Source: Vulcanimicrobiota bacterium (GTDB lineage Bacteria > Vulcanimicrobiota > Vulcanimicrobiia > Vulcanimicrobiales > Vulcanimicrobiaceae). Taken from it: DNA of 47,740 nucleotides. A program made the position numbers and the translations under genes. The stretch's first letter is position 1, and each line of letters begins with the position of its first letter. The DNA lies in NCBI GenBank assembly GCA_003135555.1, contig PLCF01000069.1, forward strand, positions 1 through 47,740, given 5' to 3'. The notes under the pieces were generated by a model. The model was not told the DNA's origin and searched no databases. It saw nothing but the letters and a program-made list of their open reading frames with translations. Positions 38,422 to 47,606 of the stretch are shown in pieces.

Positions 38422-39185
38422 AACGGATCTCCCAAATACGCCGACTGCACGACCTCGTTGGCGATGATGCGCTCGGGCGTGTCGACAGCCAGCAGCGAGC
38501 CGTGGTGCATCACCGCCATCCGGTCAGCCAGCCCCATCACCAAGTCCATGCGGTGCTCGACCATGAGCACGGTCTTGCCTCGATCGCGATGGATGCTGCG
38601 AATGAGCGTCATCATCTCGGGGACGTCTTCGACCGCGATCCCGGCGGTGGGCTCGTCAAGCAGCACGACATGCGGATCGCCGCACAGCAGGATCGCCAGA
38701 TCGAGCTTACGTTTCTCGCCGTGCGACAGCGATGCGGCCTTCGTTGCGGCCCGGGCTTCGAGTCCGACCGAGGCCAGCACGGTGCGAGCGCGTTCGAGCG
38801 GTTCGCGCTGTTCGTCGGCGAGCGTCCACAAGCGGTCCGAGCCGCCCAAGTACGCCTGCGCGGCGAGCCGCGCGTTCTCGAGCGTCGTCAACTCGGCGAA
38901 GATCGTCGAGGTTTGAAATGTCCGCCCCAGGCCCAGCCGCGCCCGGACGTACGGTGGCGCGTTGGTGATGTCGGTGCCGCGAAAGACGACCCGCCCCGAA
39001 GTCGGGCGCGTCACGCCCGAGAGCAGGTTGAAGAGGGTCGTCTTCCCGGCGCCGTTCGGGCCGATGATCACCAGGAATTCGCCCTCGGTGACCGCGAGGC
39101 TGACGTCGTCGACGATGACGGCGCCGCGGATGCGCAGGCCCAGGCCCGCGGTGGACATCACCGGGCCGCGCACCGTCTCGGTCAT
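38418..39185 (-). CDS. livG: ABC ATPase (LivG-like)
   Basis: GPNGAGKTT, RTFQ, LSHGEKR, DEPTAG. Confidence 0.92.
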   Translation of the reverse strand: MTETVRGPVMSTAGLGLRIRGAVIVDDVSLAVTEGEFLVIIGPNGAGKTTLFNLLSGVTRPTSGRVVFRGTDITNAPPYVRARLGLGRTFQTSTIFAELTTLENARLAAQAYLGGSDRLWTLADEQREPLERARTVLASVGLEARAATKAASLSHGEKRKLDLAILLCGDPHVVLLDEPTAGIAVEDVPEMMTLIRSIHRDRGKTVLMVEHRMDLVMGLADRMAVMHHGSLLAVDTPERIIANEVVQSAYLGDPL

Positions 39186-39189
39186 GGAG

Positions 39190-40392
39190 CTACTTGAAGG
39201 GATGTACCGGCGGCGAGACCGCTTCGAGCGGAACGGTCCGCACGAGATGCGGTTCGATGTTCGAACCAGTTCCTTCGAGCTTAGCCACGAACATCGGTTG
39301 CAGCATGGCGTGATCCGCGGCGCGAATCGTCTGTTTGCCCTTGGGGGCCTCGAACGTCCAACCTTCGAGCGCGGAGATCATCTTGCCGACGTCGTCGCCA
39401 TCGGCCTTTTCGATCGCATGCACGATCATCTGCGCCGCGACGAAGCCGTCGGGGTCGAACAGGTCCGGGACTTTGTTCTGCTTCTTGAGCGCGGCAACGA
39501 GGACGTCATTAATCTTGGACTTCGGCGCACGATAGAAATAGTGTGACAAAAACGAAACCTTTGTCGCGGCCGCGCCCAGCGTATCGTACGACGAGCGCTG
39601 ATCCAAGCCACTGACGACCCGCGTCGCGGCGAAGACGCCGGAGTCATCGAGCCCCTTCCACATCGCGGGCGCGGTCGCGCCGGCCCATGCCGGGAACAAG
39701 AGATCGGGCTTCGCGTCCTTGATTTTTTGCGAGAACGGCGCGAAGTCGTTGGCGGAGAGCGGCGCCATCACGCCCGTGACCTCGGCTCCCGCGGCGCCCA
39801 GCACGGTCCGCACCGCGTTGAGGTTGGCTTGGCCGAACGCCGAGTCTTGCGCGTAGACCACGACCTTCTTACCGCGCATGTTGTTCCCGACGATCGTCCC
39901 CGCGGTCAACACGTCTTGGTACGTCTGCCGCCCGGAGCGAAATGTGTTGCGGTTGTTGCCGGTGATTCCGTCGGCAGCCGCGGCTCCCGAGATGAACAGG
40001 ATGTTGTTGTCCTTGGCCAACGGCGCAATTTGGAGCGCGACACCCGATGCGGTGGGGCCGGCGATGATCTTGTATCCTTGGCCGACGAGCTCTTTCGTCG
40101 CCGCAACGCCCTTTGCAGCATCAGCCGCGTCGTCTCGTTCGGTCACGACGATCTTGTGACCACCGGCCATACCCGTGTGGTGGGTCGCGTAGTCCAGCCC
40201 GATGGCGAAACCCTCGGCGTACTGCGCGCCGTACGACCCCAGGAACCCGGTCTTCGAGTAGACCAAGCCCACGTTGACGGAGGATTTTGCCGCCTCAGCG
40301 GCCCGCACCGGGACGGCTCCGCCCAGCGTGATGAGCTGGGCGACCAACGCCGACATCGCCAGCACTGAAAGAACTGAACGCTTCCGCAACAC
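39190..40392 (-). CDS. ABC substrate-binding protein (Leu/Ile/Val-binding fold)
   Basis: GAGGAG RBS before GTG 40392; signal peptide; type-I periplasmic binding protein pattern; heads the liv operon. Confidence 0.88.
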   Translation of the reverse strand: MLRKRSVLSVLAMSALVAQLITLGGAVPVRAAEAAKSSVNVGLVYSKTGFLGSYGAQYAEGFAIGLDYATHHTGMAGGHKIVVTERDDAADAAKGVAATKELVGQGYKIIAGPTASGVALQIAPLAKDNNILFISGAAAADGITGNNRNTFRSGRQTYQDVLTAGTIVGNNMRGKKVVVYAQDSAFGQANLNAVRTVLGAAGAEVTGVMAPLSANDFAPFSQKIKDAKPDLLFPAWAGATAPAMWKGLDDSGVFAATRVVSGLDQRSSYDTLGAAATKVSFLSHYFYRAPKSKINDVLVAALKKQNKVPDLFDPDGFVAAQMIVHAIEKADGDDVGKMISALEGWTFEAPKGKQTIRAADHAMLQPMFVAKLEGTGSNIEPHLVRTVPLEAVSPPVHPFK

Positions 40393-40520
40393 GATACTCC
40401 TCAGCGAGGCCGCCCGTGTGTGGTTGGGCGGCGGTCTGTACCGATACACCGGCGAGCCCCGATCTCATGCCTGGCGACACGCAACCCACGGCAATGCGGT
40501 GCGCGTCCTCTCGGTTAGAA

Positions 40521-41726
40521 ATGCGTCTCCGCTCTGGGCTCGGCGTCCTCATCGTCGCCTGCATCGCGCTGTCGGTCGGCTATGGCGTGCGGCAATGCCT
40601 GGGGCTCTTCATCGTCCCGCTCGAAGGCGCGCGCGGCTGGTCGGCCGGCGTGTTCGCGCTCGCCTTTGCCCTGCAGAACCTCGTTTGGGGCATCGCTCAG
40701 CCGTTCGCGGGCGCGATCGCCGACCGTTTCGGGGCGCGGGCAACCGTGGCGTCGGGCGGCCTGCTCTTCGCGTCGGCGCTCGGGCTGATGGCGACGACGC
40801 AGAACCCGACGGTCTTCGCCTGGGCCGGCGGAACGTTGCTCGGCCTCGCGCTGGCGGCGGTCTCGTTCGGCGTGTTGATCGGTCCGGTGGCGGCGCTCGT
40901 GCCGCCCGAGCGGCGCAACGTCGCGTTCGGTCTGCTCGGCGCGGGCGGCTCGCTGGGCCAACTGTTCTATCCGCCGTTCGCGCAGATCGCGATCGGCGGC
41001 GACGGTGCGCATTGGTTCCCGACCATCTTGGCCCTGGCGGCGATCGGGATCGGCATCATACCGCTCGCGCTGTTGTTGCGCGACCCCGCGCAGGCGGTCG
41101 CGTCGGCGCAGCACCTCTCGCTCGGCGCCGCGCTGCGCGAGGCGTTCACCGTCCCAAGCTACGGCTTCTTGACGGCGGGCTTCTTCGTGTGCGGCTTCCA
41201 CATCGCGTTCTTCCAGACGCACATGCCGGCGATCGTCGCGCGCGCGGGGCTCTCGCCGGGCCTGGGCGCAGCCGCGCTCGCGATCGTCGGCGCGTTCAAC
41301 GTCGTCGGCAGCTACCTCAGCGGACGGCTCGCCGACCGGTTCCCCAAACGCTACGTGCTCTCGGGGATCTACGGCCTGCGCTTCGTCGCGATCTTGCTGT
41401 TCGTGCTCGTGCCGATCAGCACGTTCTCCGTGCTCGCCTTCTCGTCGGCGATGGGGCTCCTGTGGCTCTCGACGGTCGCGCCGACCAGCGGCGTCATCGC
41501 CGAGAAGTTCGGGATGCAGTGGGTGTCGACACTCTTCGGCGTCGCCTTCCTGGTCCATCAGATCGGCGCGTTTTTCGGCGCCTGGCTCGGCGGGGTGATC
41601 GTCGACCGGACGGGGAGCTACAACCTCATGTGGGTCATCTCGCTGGGCGTCGCGTTGTTCGGTTTCGCGATCCAGTTCCCGATCGACGAACGCCCGCTGG
41701 CCCGGTTGGCGGAGGCGCCCGCGTGA
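40521..41726 (+). CDS. MFS transporter
   Basis: GAIADRFGAR, FFVCGFH, GRLADRFPKR; about 12 TM. Confidence 0.88.
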   Translation: MRLRSGLGVLIVACIALSVGYGVRQCLGLFIVPLEGARGWSAGVFALAFALQNLVWGIAQPFAGAIADRFGARATVASGGLLFASALGLMATTQNPTVFAWAGGTLLGLALAAVSFGVLIGPVAALVPPERRNVAFGLLGAGGSLGQLFYPPFAQIAIGGDGAHWFPTILALAAIGIGIIPLALLLRDPAQAVASAQHLSLGAALREAFTVPSYGFLTAGFFVCGFHIAFFQTHMPAIVARAGLSPGLGAAALAIVGAFNVVGSYLSGRLADRFPKRYVLSGIYGLRFVAILLFVLVPISTFSVLAFSSAMGLLWLSTVAPTSGVIAEKFGMQWVSTLFGVAFLVHQIGAFFGAWLGGVIVDRTGSYNLMWVISLGVALFGFAIQFPIDERPLARLAEAPA

Positions 41727-41833
41727 TCCGCGCCACACTGGGCGGCCCCAGGTCCGATCCGGCCGGGAGCCTGCCGATAAGCTAGAGGCGGACGTCTTCG
41801 GCCGCCGCTTTTTTCGTACGCAAGGAGGCACTC

Positions 41834-42493
41834 GTGGCGCATCGTCTCTCGCTTTCGTCCCTGTTGGGCACACTCGGCGCTGCGGCGCTGCTGAGCGCGT
41901 GCCAGGGCGGCGCCGCGAGCCCCCCGCCCCTGCCGCCCAGCGGACAAGGGACGCAATCCGCGGCCCAATCGGCGGAGTCGGCCTCGCGCGCAACGCAGAG
42001 CCACCACGCCAAGCCGCCGGCGCTGAGCGCCGATCCGGCGAGCCTCGAATTCACCGCCGACCAGGCGGCCGCGACGCCGCCGGTCTCGCAGACCCTCACG
42101 ATCACCGCGACCTCCGACCGCGTGCTGACGGTCTCGATCGCGGGCACCGGGAACTGCCCCGCGGTCTCGCCCGCCAAGCTCAAGCCGAAACGGGTCGACG
42201 AAGACGGTGACGGCGACCGTGACCACCGCGACCCCAAGCGCGGCGTCATCACCGTCACGCCAAACGGTGCCGGACCGGCAACCTGCACGATCACCGTGAC
42301 TCGCCACGACCGCGAAGGCGATGACGAGGACGGCCCCGGCGACAAGGGCCGCAAGGGCGATCACGACGGCGACCGCCACGACGGCGGCCACGATCGCGAC
42401 GCCGGCGACGTGCTGCTCGTCCCGGTGACGGTCGACGCGCCGGCGACCCCGGTCCCGACGCCGACTCCGATCGGACGCGTGGGCGGCGGCTAA
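41834..42493 (+). CDS. Hypothetical lipoprotein with Asp/Gly/His/Arg-rich loops
   Basis: AAGGAGG RBS; lipobox LSA-C; DEDGDGDRDHRD and GDHDGDRHDGGHDRD inserts. Confidence 0.75.
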   Translation: MAHRLSLSSLLGTLGAAALLSACQGGAASPPPLPPSGQGTQSAAQSAESASRATQSHHAKPPALSADPASLEFTADQAAATPPVSQTLTITATSDRVLTVSIAGTGNCPAVSPAKLKPKRVDEDGDGDRDHRDPKRGVITVTPNGAGPATCTITVTRHDREGDDEDGPGDKGRKGDHDGDRHDGGHDRDAGDVLLVPVTVDAPATPVPTPTPIGRVGGG

Positions 42494-42510
42494 GCGCTCA
42501 GGCGGCGGCT

Positions 42511-42534
42511 AGGCGCGCGCTCGCGCGCGCCGAA
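42511..42534 (+). promoter_or_regulatory. Putative promoter motif AGG-N17-CGAA, 10 nt before ATG 42545
   Basis: Recurrent motif. Confidence 0.45.
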
Positions 42535-42544
42535 CCGCCGCTGC

Positions 42545-42967
42545 ATGCCGCTTGCGCCCCTGCGTTACGAATCGATCGCGCCGGTCCTCATCGTCGAGCG
42601 GGTCGCGCCTACGCGCGATTTCTTTCGTGACCGGCTGGGCTTCACGCAGACCGCGGTCGTTGCCGACGGCGACGACGTCGGCTTCGCGATGCTCGAGAAG
42701 GACGGGGTGACCGTCATGATCCAGTCGCATGCGAGCATCATCGCCGACGTCGGGCCGGATGCGGCGCGCGCGGTCAACGAGACGATCTCCGGCCGGGGTG
42801 CCGTCGCCCTGTACGTCGCCGTCAACGACGTCGATCTGATCGTGCCGTCGCTCGCCGACGCCGACGTCATCGTCCCGTTGCGCAAGACGTTCTACGGGAT
42901 GCACGAGATCATGGTACGCGAGCCCGGCGGCCACAGCGTAACCTTCGCCTCGCGCCTCCCGTCGTGA
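42545..42967 (+). CDS. VOC/glyoxalase family protein
   Basis: DFFRDRLGF, TFYGMHEIMVREPGGH. Confidence 0.85.
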   Translation: MPLAPLRYESIAPVLIVERVAPTRDFFRDRLGFTQTAVVADGDDVGFAMLEKDGVTVMIQSHASIIADVGPDAARAVNETISGRGAVALYVAVNDVDLIVPSLADADVIVPLRKTFYGMHEIMVREPGGHSVTFASRLPS

Positions 42968-43070
42968 CGCGGGCGCTGAGCGTCACCCGCGTGCGACCGC
43001 GCGTATAGCCTTGGCACACCAGGGTCGCCCAGCAGGGGAGGCAGGCTTGGCCGCATAAGCGCCGCGGCGG

Positions 43071-43526
43071 ATGCGAGGATCCTGGCGCACGTTTTTGTCC
43101 TGCGCGGTATTGGCCTCGGCGTTGTCGACGCGTGCCGCGATCGGGACGCCTGAGGAAACCGCCGAGCCTTGCCACGCCAACTTCACCGTGAGCGGCGGCC
43201 GTCTCTCGGGCTACAGCTTCAAAGCGTTTGCGAACTTTCCGGCGGTCGCGCCCGCCCGCGCATTCTCCTCGCTGGCCCGAGCGATCGCCGCCGATGGCGC
43301 GACGCTTCAGAACACCAACGAAAAGCTCGGCACCTTCTCGGCGCTCAACGCGCTGGGGCCGAACATGGCCGGGAGCCGCCCGGTCAATGCGCTCGTGACG
43401 CCGGAGCAGTCCGGCGCGCGGGTCGAGCTCTCATGGAGCATCGCGCCCTTCATCGCATTTCACAAAGGCGACGTCGAGACGCGGTTCTGCAAATGGTTGG
43501 GCCGCGTCGGGCTCGACCCCAAATGA
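43071..43526 (+). CDS. Secreted hypothetical protein
   Basis: Signal peptide; N- and C-terminal Cys. Confidence 0.6.
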   Translation: MRGSWRTFLSCAVLASALSTRAAIGTPEETAEPCHANFTVSGGRLSGYSFKAFANFPAVAPARAFSSLARAIAADGATLQNTNEKLGTFSALNALGPNMAGSRPVNALVTPEQSGARVELSWSIAPFIAFHKGDVETRFCKWLGRVGLDPK

Positions 43527-43539
43527 AAGGTTAGGTCTC

Positions 43540-44124
43540 ATGTCGCTTCGCAGAAACGGCGCGGTTCACGCTGCCGCGGTGCTCTTCACGTTGCTGATCT
43601 CGGCGCTGCCGATCGCCGCAGCCGAGGAGACCGTTCTCGTGCCGCGCGATACCGTGATCCCGATCCTCATCACCAAGGAGATCCGCATCGGCGGCGCTGG
43701 TGATTCGCAGACGAAGAAGGTCGTCTTCGAGGTGTCGCAAGATGTGGTTGTCGGCCATCATGTCATCGCGAAGAAGGGCGACACGACGGAAGGCCACATC
43801 ACGACCGCGAAAAATACGACGCGCCGGCTGCTCTCGAGCACGACGTCATCCGAGGTGGCCCTCGACATCGACGACGTCGTCAACTTCTGCGGCGACATCA
43901 TTCACATGAAGTTCGAGCGCACGCTCGTCGGCGGCTCGCACGAGGGTTGGATGACGATGGGCTCGCATGCCCACGATGCGGTCTTCGACAAAGGCATCGT
44001 GCTCAAAGCCAAGACCGATCGCGTCGAAAAGAAAGTCTGCAGCGAACGCGCGGCACAAGAAACGTCGGCGCTGCCCGAAGGGATGATGCTCCCCGACGAA
44101 GAGGTCACGCAGACCGCCAAATAG
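43540..44124 (+). CDS. Secreted hypothetical beta-rich protein
   Basis: Signal peptide; VPRDTVIPI...FEVSQDVVV...IAKKG pattern. Confidence 0.7.
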   Translation: MSLRRNGAVHAAAVLFTLLISALPIAAAEETVLVPRDTVIPILITKEIRIGGAGDSQTKKVVFEVSQDVVVGHHVIAKKGDTTEGHITTAKNTTRRLLSSTTSSEVALDIDDVVNFCGDIIHMKFERTLVGGSHEGWMTMGSHAHDAVFDKGIVLKAKTDRVEKKVCSERAAQETSALPEGMMLPDEEVTQTAK

Positions 44125-44168
44125 CCGCGCACCCGACGCGGACGTGACCTCCTCGGGGACAGCCGGCG

Positions 44169-44534
44169 CTAGCCTTTTTGCTGCTTGACCGGTTTCTGCA
44201 TGCGGTTGAGCACGAGGATGCGATCCGCGTGGCGCGCACCGAGCAGCTTCTGGTCGTAGAAGACCTTGACGAGTTGTCCTGAGTGGAGCGACTTCATCTG
44301 ATACGTGGTCTTGCCGTCTTCGGAGAAGACCTGATCGAAGTGCGGGACCAACAAGAAGGCCATCTCTTGACCCGTCTTGTCGTCCTTGATCTTGATGTTG
44401 CTCGTCGAGATGTGGACCAAAGTCCCTTCGACCCACGACGAGCCGACCGTGGCGGCTTGAGCCGGTGCGGGGGCAACGATCGCGGTCGCGAGGGGTAATA
44501 CCGCGAATCCCGCGGCGAGGAGAAAAGTACGCAT
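44169..44534 (-). CDS. Small secreted OB-fold-like protein
   Basis: Signal peptide; VEGTLVHI...LHSGQLVKVFY. Confidence 0.65.
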   Translation of the reverse strand: MRTFLLAAGFAVLPLATAIVAPAPAQAATVGSSWVEGTLVHISTSNIKIKDDKTGQEMAFLLVPHFDQVFSEDGKTTYQMKSLHSGQLVKVFYDQKLLGARHADRILVLNRMQKPVKQQKG

Positions 44535-44560
44535 AGGGACCGTGTACCCGATCGGAGGGC

Positions 44561-45706
44561 TTACGCCGCTTTCTGCGCTGCGGTCGAGCGCTTGCCGCCT
44601 TTGCGGCGCCGTTTCGCGGCGGCTGCGCGGACGGATTTTGCCAGCAGCTCGCTCAGCGGTTTGCTCTCGCGCTTGATTGCGCGCTCGACGAGCGCGATCA
44701 CCGCAGCTTCGTGCTTGCTCAGCGCGGTGGGGCCGGCTTTTTCAACCGCGCGCTCGACCAGCTCGAGCGCGCCATGGGCGAGAAATTCGTCGATCACGCC
44801 GGGATGGATGTACGACTTTTTGCACACCGCGGGCGTGTTGCCGAGCTTTTCGGCGACGCGCTTGATCGCCTCGGTCACCGCGCTCTTGGCTTCGCCCGAG
44901 TCCTCGATTCGGACTGCGGCGAGCTCGAGTGCGCAGGTCATCGTGGCGTCCCACGTACGGAAATCCTTGGCGGTGAAGTCGCCCTCGGAGATCTCGCGCA
45001 AGTAGTCGTTGACGTCTTCGGAGCGCACCGGGTGTGCTTCGCCTTCGTCGTCGAGGTACTCGAAGAGATTTTGCCCCGGCAGATCCTGGCTGGCCTTGAC
45101 GATGCGGGCGACGCGCTTGTCCTTGACCTCGATCTCGTGTTCCTTGCCGCTCTTGCCGCGGAACCGAAAGACGATCTTCGCCCCGGTGACCTCGGCGTGA
45201 TCCTCTTGCAGCGTCGTCAGCCCATAGGAGTCGTTGTCCCGGGCGTACTCTTCGTTGCCGATGCGGATCGCCGTCGATGCCAGCAGCGAGACGACAGTCG
45301 CGAGCACTTTCTCGCGCGGGAGTCCGGCCTTGGCGAGGTCGGCCGAGAGCGCCGCGCGGATCGCGGGCAACACCTTCGCAAACGCGAGCATGCGGTCGAA
45401 CTTGTTCTCGTCGCGGATGGCGCGCCAGCGCTTGTGGTAGCGGTATTGTTTGCGGCCGCGCGCGTCGCGGCCGGTTGCTTGGAGGTGGCCGTTGGGAAGC
45501 GGACAGATCCACACGTCGGCGTAGGCGGGCGGGATCGCCAGCGACTTGATGCGCGCGACCTCTTTCTTGTCCCGGATCGGGGCGCCGTCGGCGGCGATGA
45601 AGGCAAAGCTCTTCCCGCGCTTGACCCGCCGGATCCCGGGGATCACGTCGGTCGTGTAGCGCAGCCCGGCCGCCTTTGCCGCCTCGGGTCCGTCGGTCGC
45701 CAGCAT
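44561..45706 (-). CDS. DNA topoisomerase IB (bacterial/poxvirus-like)
   Basis: GRDARGRKQYRYH, RIGNEEY, FRGKSGK, AKDFRTW, LGNTPAVCKKSY (catalytic Tyr). Confidence 0.93.
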   Translation of the reverse strand: MLATDGPEAAKAAGLRYTTDVIPGIRRVKRGKSFAFIAADGAPIRDKKEVARIKSLAIPPAYADVWICPLPNGHLQATGRDARGRKQYRYHKRWRAIRDENKFDRMLAFAKVLPAIRAALSADLAKAGLPREKVLATVVSLLASTAIRIGNEEYARDNDSYGLTTLQEDHAEVTGAKIVFRFRGKSGKEHEIEVKDKRVARIVKASQDLPGQNLFEYLDDEGEAHPVRSEDVNDYLREISEGDFTAKDFRTWDATMTCALELAAVRIEDSGEAKSAVTEAIKRVAEKLGNTPAVCKKSYIHPGVIDEFLAHGALELVERAVEKAGPTALSKHEAAVIALVERAIKRESKPLSELLAKSVRAAAAKRRRKGGKRSTAAQKAA

Positions 45707-45716
45707 CGGATTGCTT

Positions 45717-46238
45717 CTACCCCATGAGCGCGTCGTACACGAGCACGTCACCGGCCAGCCGGACCCCGGCGGTCGGTCTGTGGGGCTGCCGGGTCGCGCC
45801 CACGAGGTGGATCACCTCGCTGCCGGCGAGCAAGACGGCGGCGTCGGCGATGAGCCGGCGATGGCAGCGCCACCACAGCGTCTCCGAGCAGACGATCGCG
45901 GTGGGGGTCGCGGCGGCAGCGGCGAGCAGCACCCCGAACGCCTCGCGAAAGGGCGGAGTCAGCATGTAGTCGGCGTAGCCGCGGAAGCCCCGCTCGCGCA
46001 GCGCGACGTGCGGTGACTCGGGTGACGGTGCGCGGCGCCCGCCCAGCTCCGGCGCCGCGACGTAGACCAGGCCGTGCTCGGGCAGCCAGCTTGCCATCGC
46101 TTCAGCGGCGAACCACGGCCAGCGCCGCGAGCCCGGAAAACGGCGCACGTCGACCACGCGGCGCACCCCGGCTGCTTCGAGGCGGGAAGCGAACGTGGTT
46201 TCGTCGTTGGTCCCGTGTCCGTAGGTGAACAGCGTCAT
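45717..46238 (-). CDS. DUF488 family protein
   Basis: TYGHG, VDVRRFPGSRR, LGGRR, CSETLWWRCHRRLIAD. Confidence 0.88.
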   Translation of the reverse strand: MTLFTYGHGTNDETTFASRLEAAGVRRVVDVRRFPGSRRWPWFAAEAMASWLPEHGLVYVAAPELGGRRAPSPESPHVALRERGFRGYADYMLTPPFREAFGVLLAAAAATPTAIVCSETLWWRCHRRLIADAAVLLAGSEVIHLVGATRQPHRPTAGVRLAGDVLVYDALMG

Positions 46239-46244
46239 CGGTCT

Positions 46245-46274
46245 TTGACAGGCGTTCCCCCTTGCCGGTAGAAT
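46245..46274 (+). promoter_or_regulatory. Sigma70-type promoter for the tRNA pair
   Basis: TTGACA-18 nt-TAGAAT, 28 nt upstream of tRNA-Val. Confidence 0.75.
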
Positions 46275-46302
46275 ACGCGGGTTCGCCAAAACGAGTGGCC
46301 GT

Positions 46303-46377
46303 GGGCGCGTAGCTCAGTGGGAGAGCATCCGCTTCACACGCGGGGGGTCGTTGGTTCAATCCCAACCGTGCCCACCA
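46303..46377 (+). tRNA. tRNA-Val(CAC)
   Basis: tccgc-ttCACac-gcggg anticodon arm; ggttcaatcc; CCA. Confidence 0.95.
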
Positions 46378-46383
46378 TCTCGT

Positions 46384-46460
46384 GGCGTTGTAGCTCAGTT
46401 GGTTAGAGCGCCGCCCTGTCACGGCGGAGGTCGTGGGTTCGAGCCCCATCAACGTCGCCA
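46384..46460 (+). tRNA. tRNA-Asp(GTC)
   Basis: ccgcc-ctGTCac-ggcgg anticodon arm; ggttcgagcc; CCA. Confidence 0.96.
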
Positions 46461-46468
46461 TCTTCCGC

Positions 46469-46505
46469 AGAAGAAACCCTCGTCAATGGGGGTTTCTTCT
46501 CTTTT
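46469..46505 (+). terminator. Intrinsic terminator after the tRNAs
   Basis: agaagaaaccc...gggtttcttct stem followed by ctttt. Confidence 0.8.
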
Positions 46506-46632
46506 GCGCCGGGTCGCGGTCGCCGTACGGCTGCCGTCGGGTGCAGACAGGTGATCCGGTCTTTGCCTGACGACTGGAAGAGAGTACCGGTGCGTCGAAT
46601 CTGCGGAGACTCGCCATGCTGCGGAGAATGAG

Positions 46633-46983
46633 ATGACAGTGCGGAAGCGTGTCAATCTATTCGTGCTCGCGTTCTTTCTGGACGGCGCGATAGACGGAAT
46701 GTCAGTGTACTCCGATCTTTTGCGAGCCAATCGAGCGCTGCGTCGGTACGTGAAGTGGCCCGAATTACGCGCTTCGGTGAGACGCAAGAATCCAACCTTA
46801 CGCGGTTCAGATTTGTACCGAGCAATCTACGGAGCGATGGATCAGTCCCGCTTCGCTGGTACATCTCTATTCGAGGTCCCACTGGACCCTGCGCGCGCGC
46901 CAGTATCAACCAGAGGCATCAAGTCATTGGTAAAGCGCGCTCGCGGCAAGTCTGTTCGCGAAGGAAAGGGCACAATATCTTAG
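46633..46983 (+). CDS. Hypothetical basic protein (lower GC)
   Basis: GGAG upstream; 116-aa ORF followed by a hairpin; no recognisable motif. Confidence 0.4.
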   Translation: MTVRKRVNLFVLAFFLDGAIDGMSVYSDLLRANRALRRYVKWPELRASVRRKNPTLRGSDLYRAIYGAMDQSRFAGTSLFEVPLDPARAPVSTRGIKSLVKRARGKSVREGKGTIS

Positions 46984-47002
46984 GGTGGGCTACGAATTGA
47001 AT

Positions 47003-47024
47003 GCCCCGGCCGACGCGCCGGGGC
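47003..47024. terminator. Hairpin between convergent genes
   Basis: gccccggc/gccggggc 8-bp stem. Confidence 0.45.
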
Positions 47025-47057
47025 TCGTTTCGAGCGGAGGGCGCCTTGGCGCGCGAG

Positions 47058-47489
47058 CTACGCGTGTACTGCGCGACGTGTCTGCAGGCGGCGGAGATAG
47101 CCTCCGAGCGCACCGAGCAGCGGGCTGACGAGGAATCCAGCAAGATGTAGCGCGAGCGAGGTTCCAGACGTGGCCTGCGAGAGCGCGGCGACGCCGAATA
47201 CCGTGCAAAGGTAAGCGGAGAGCGCGCCTACGAGAAGCTCGTTTCCGCGGGCTATCCACGCCGCCGTGAAGCCGCCGAGCACCGACGCGGCCCCTCCGAG
47301 GAACCACATCGCAACGCCGAGCGAAGGGTCCGAACCGACGATACGGGCCAAGCTCTGGGCGCCATCTGGCGCCCCGACGAGGTGATGCGTCAGGAGAACG
47401 TAGATCACAACGGGCGCAGCGAAGACGTTGGTCGCGAGGATATCGACGATACCGCCAACGAGAACGCCGACGACCGGTCGAGCCTTCAC
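47058..47489 (-). CDS. Small membrane protein (about 4 TM)
   Basis: Hydrophobic segments, GALGGYL; GTG start assumed. Confidence 0.65.
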   Translation of the reverse strand: MKARPVVGVLVGGIVDILATNVFAAPVVIYVLLTHHLVGAPDGAQSLARIVGSDPSLGVAMWFLGGAASVLGGFTAAWIARGNELLVGALSAYLCTVFGVAALSQATSGTSLALHLAGFLVSPLLGALGGYLRRLQTRRAVHA

Positions 47490-47571
47490 CTCGCTGATTT
47501 CGCCGAGCCTAGCCCAGAGACATGCGAGCCGACGCTCGCCCACATCGCCCGGCCCGCGCCGGATCGCAACG

Positions 47572-47595
47572 AGGTCCGGCGTTCGTCTTTGCGAA
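47572..47595 (+). promoter_or_regulatory. Putative promoter motif AGG-N17-CGAA, 11 nt before GTG 47607
   Basis: Recurrent motif. Confidence 0.45.
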
Positions 47596-47606
47596 CACGG
47601 CGCACC

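Noticed and set aside
35166..46460. Integrative element bounded by the tRNA genes
   Set aside because: No integrase or duplicated tRNA 3' end seen. TopIB is related to tyrosine recombinases but has clear TopIB motifs, and the two tRNA-Val genes are distinct complete isoacceptors.
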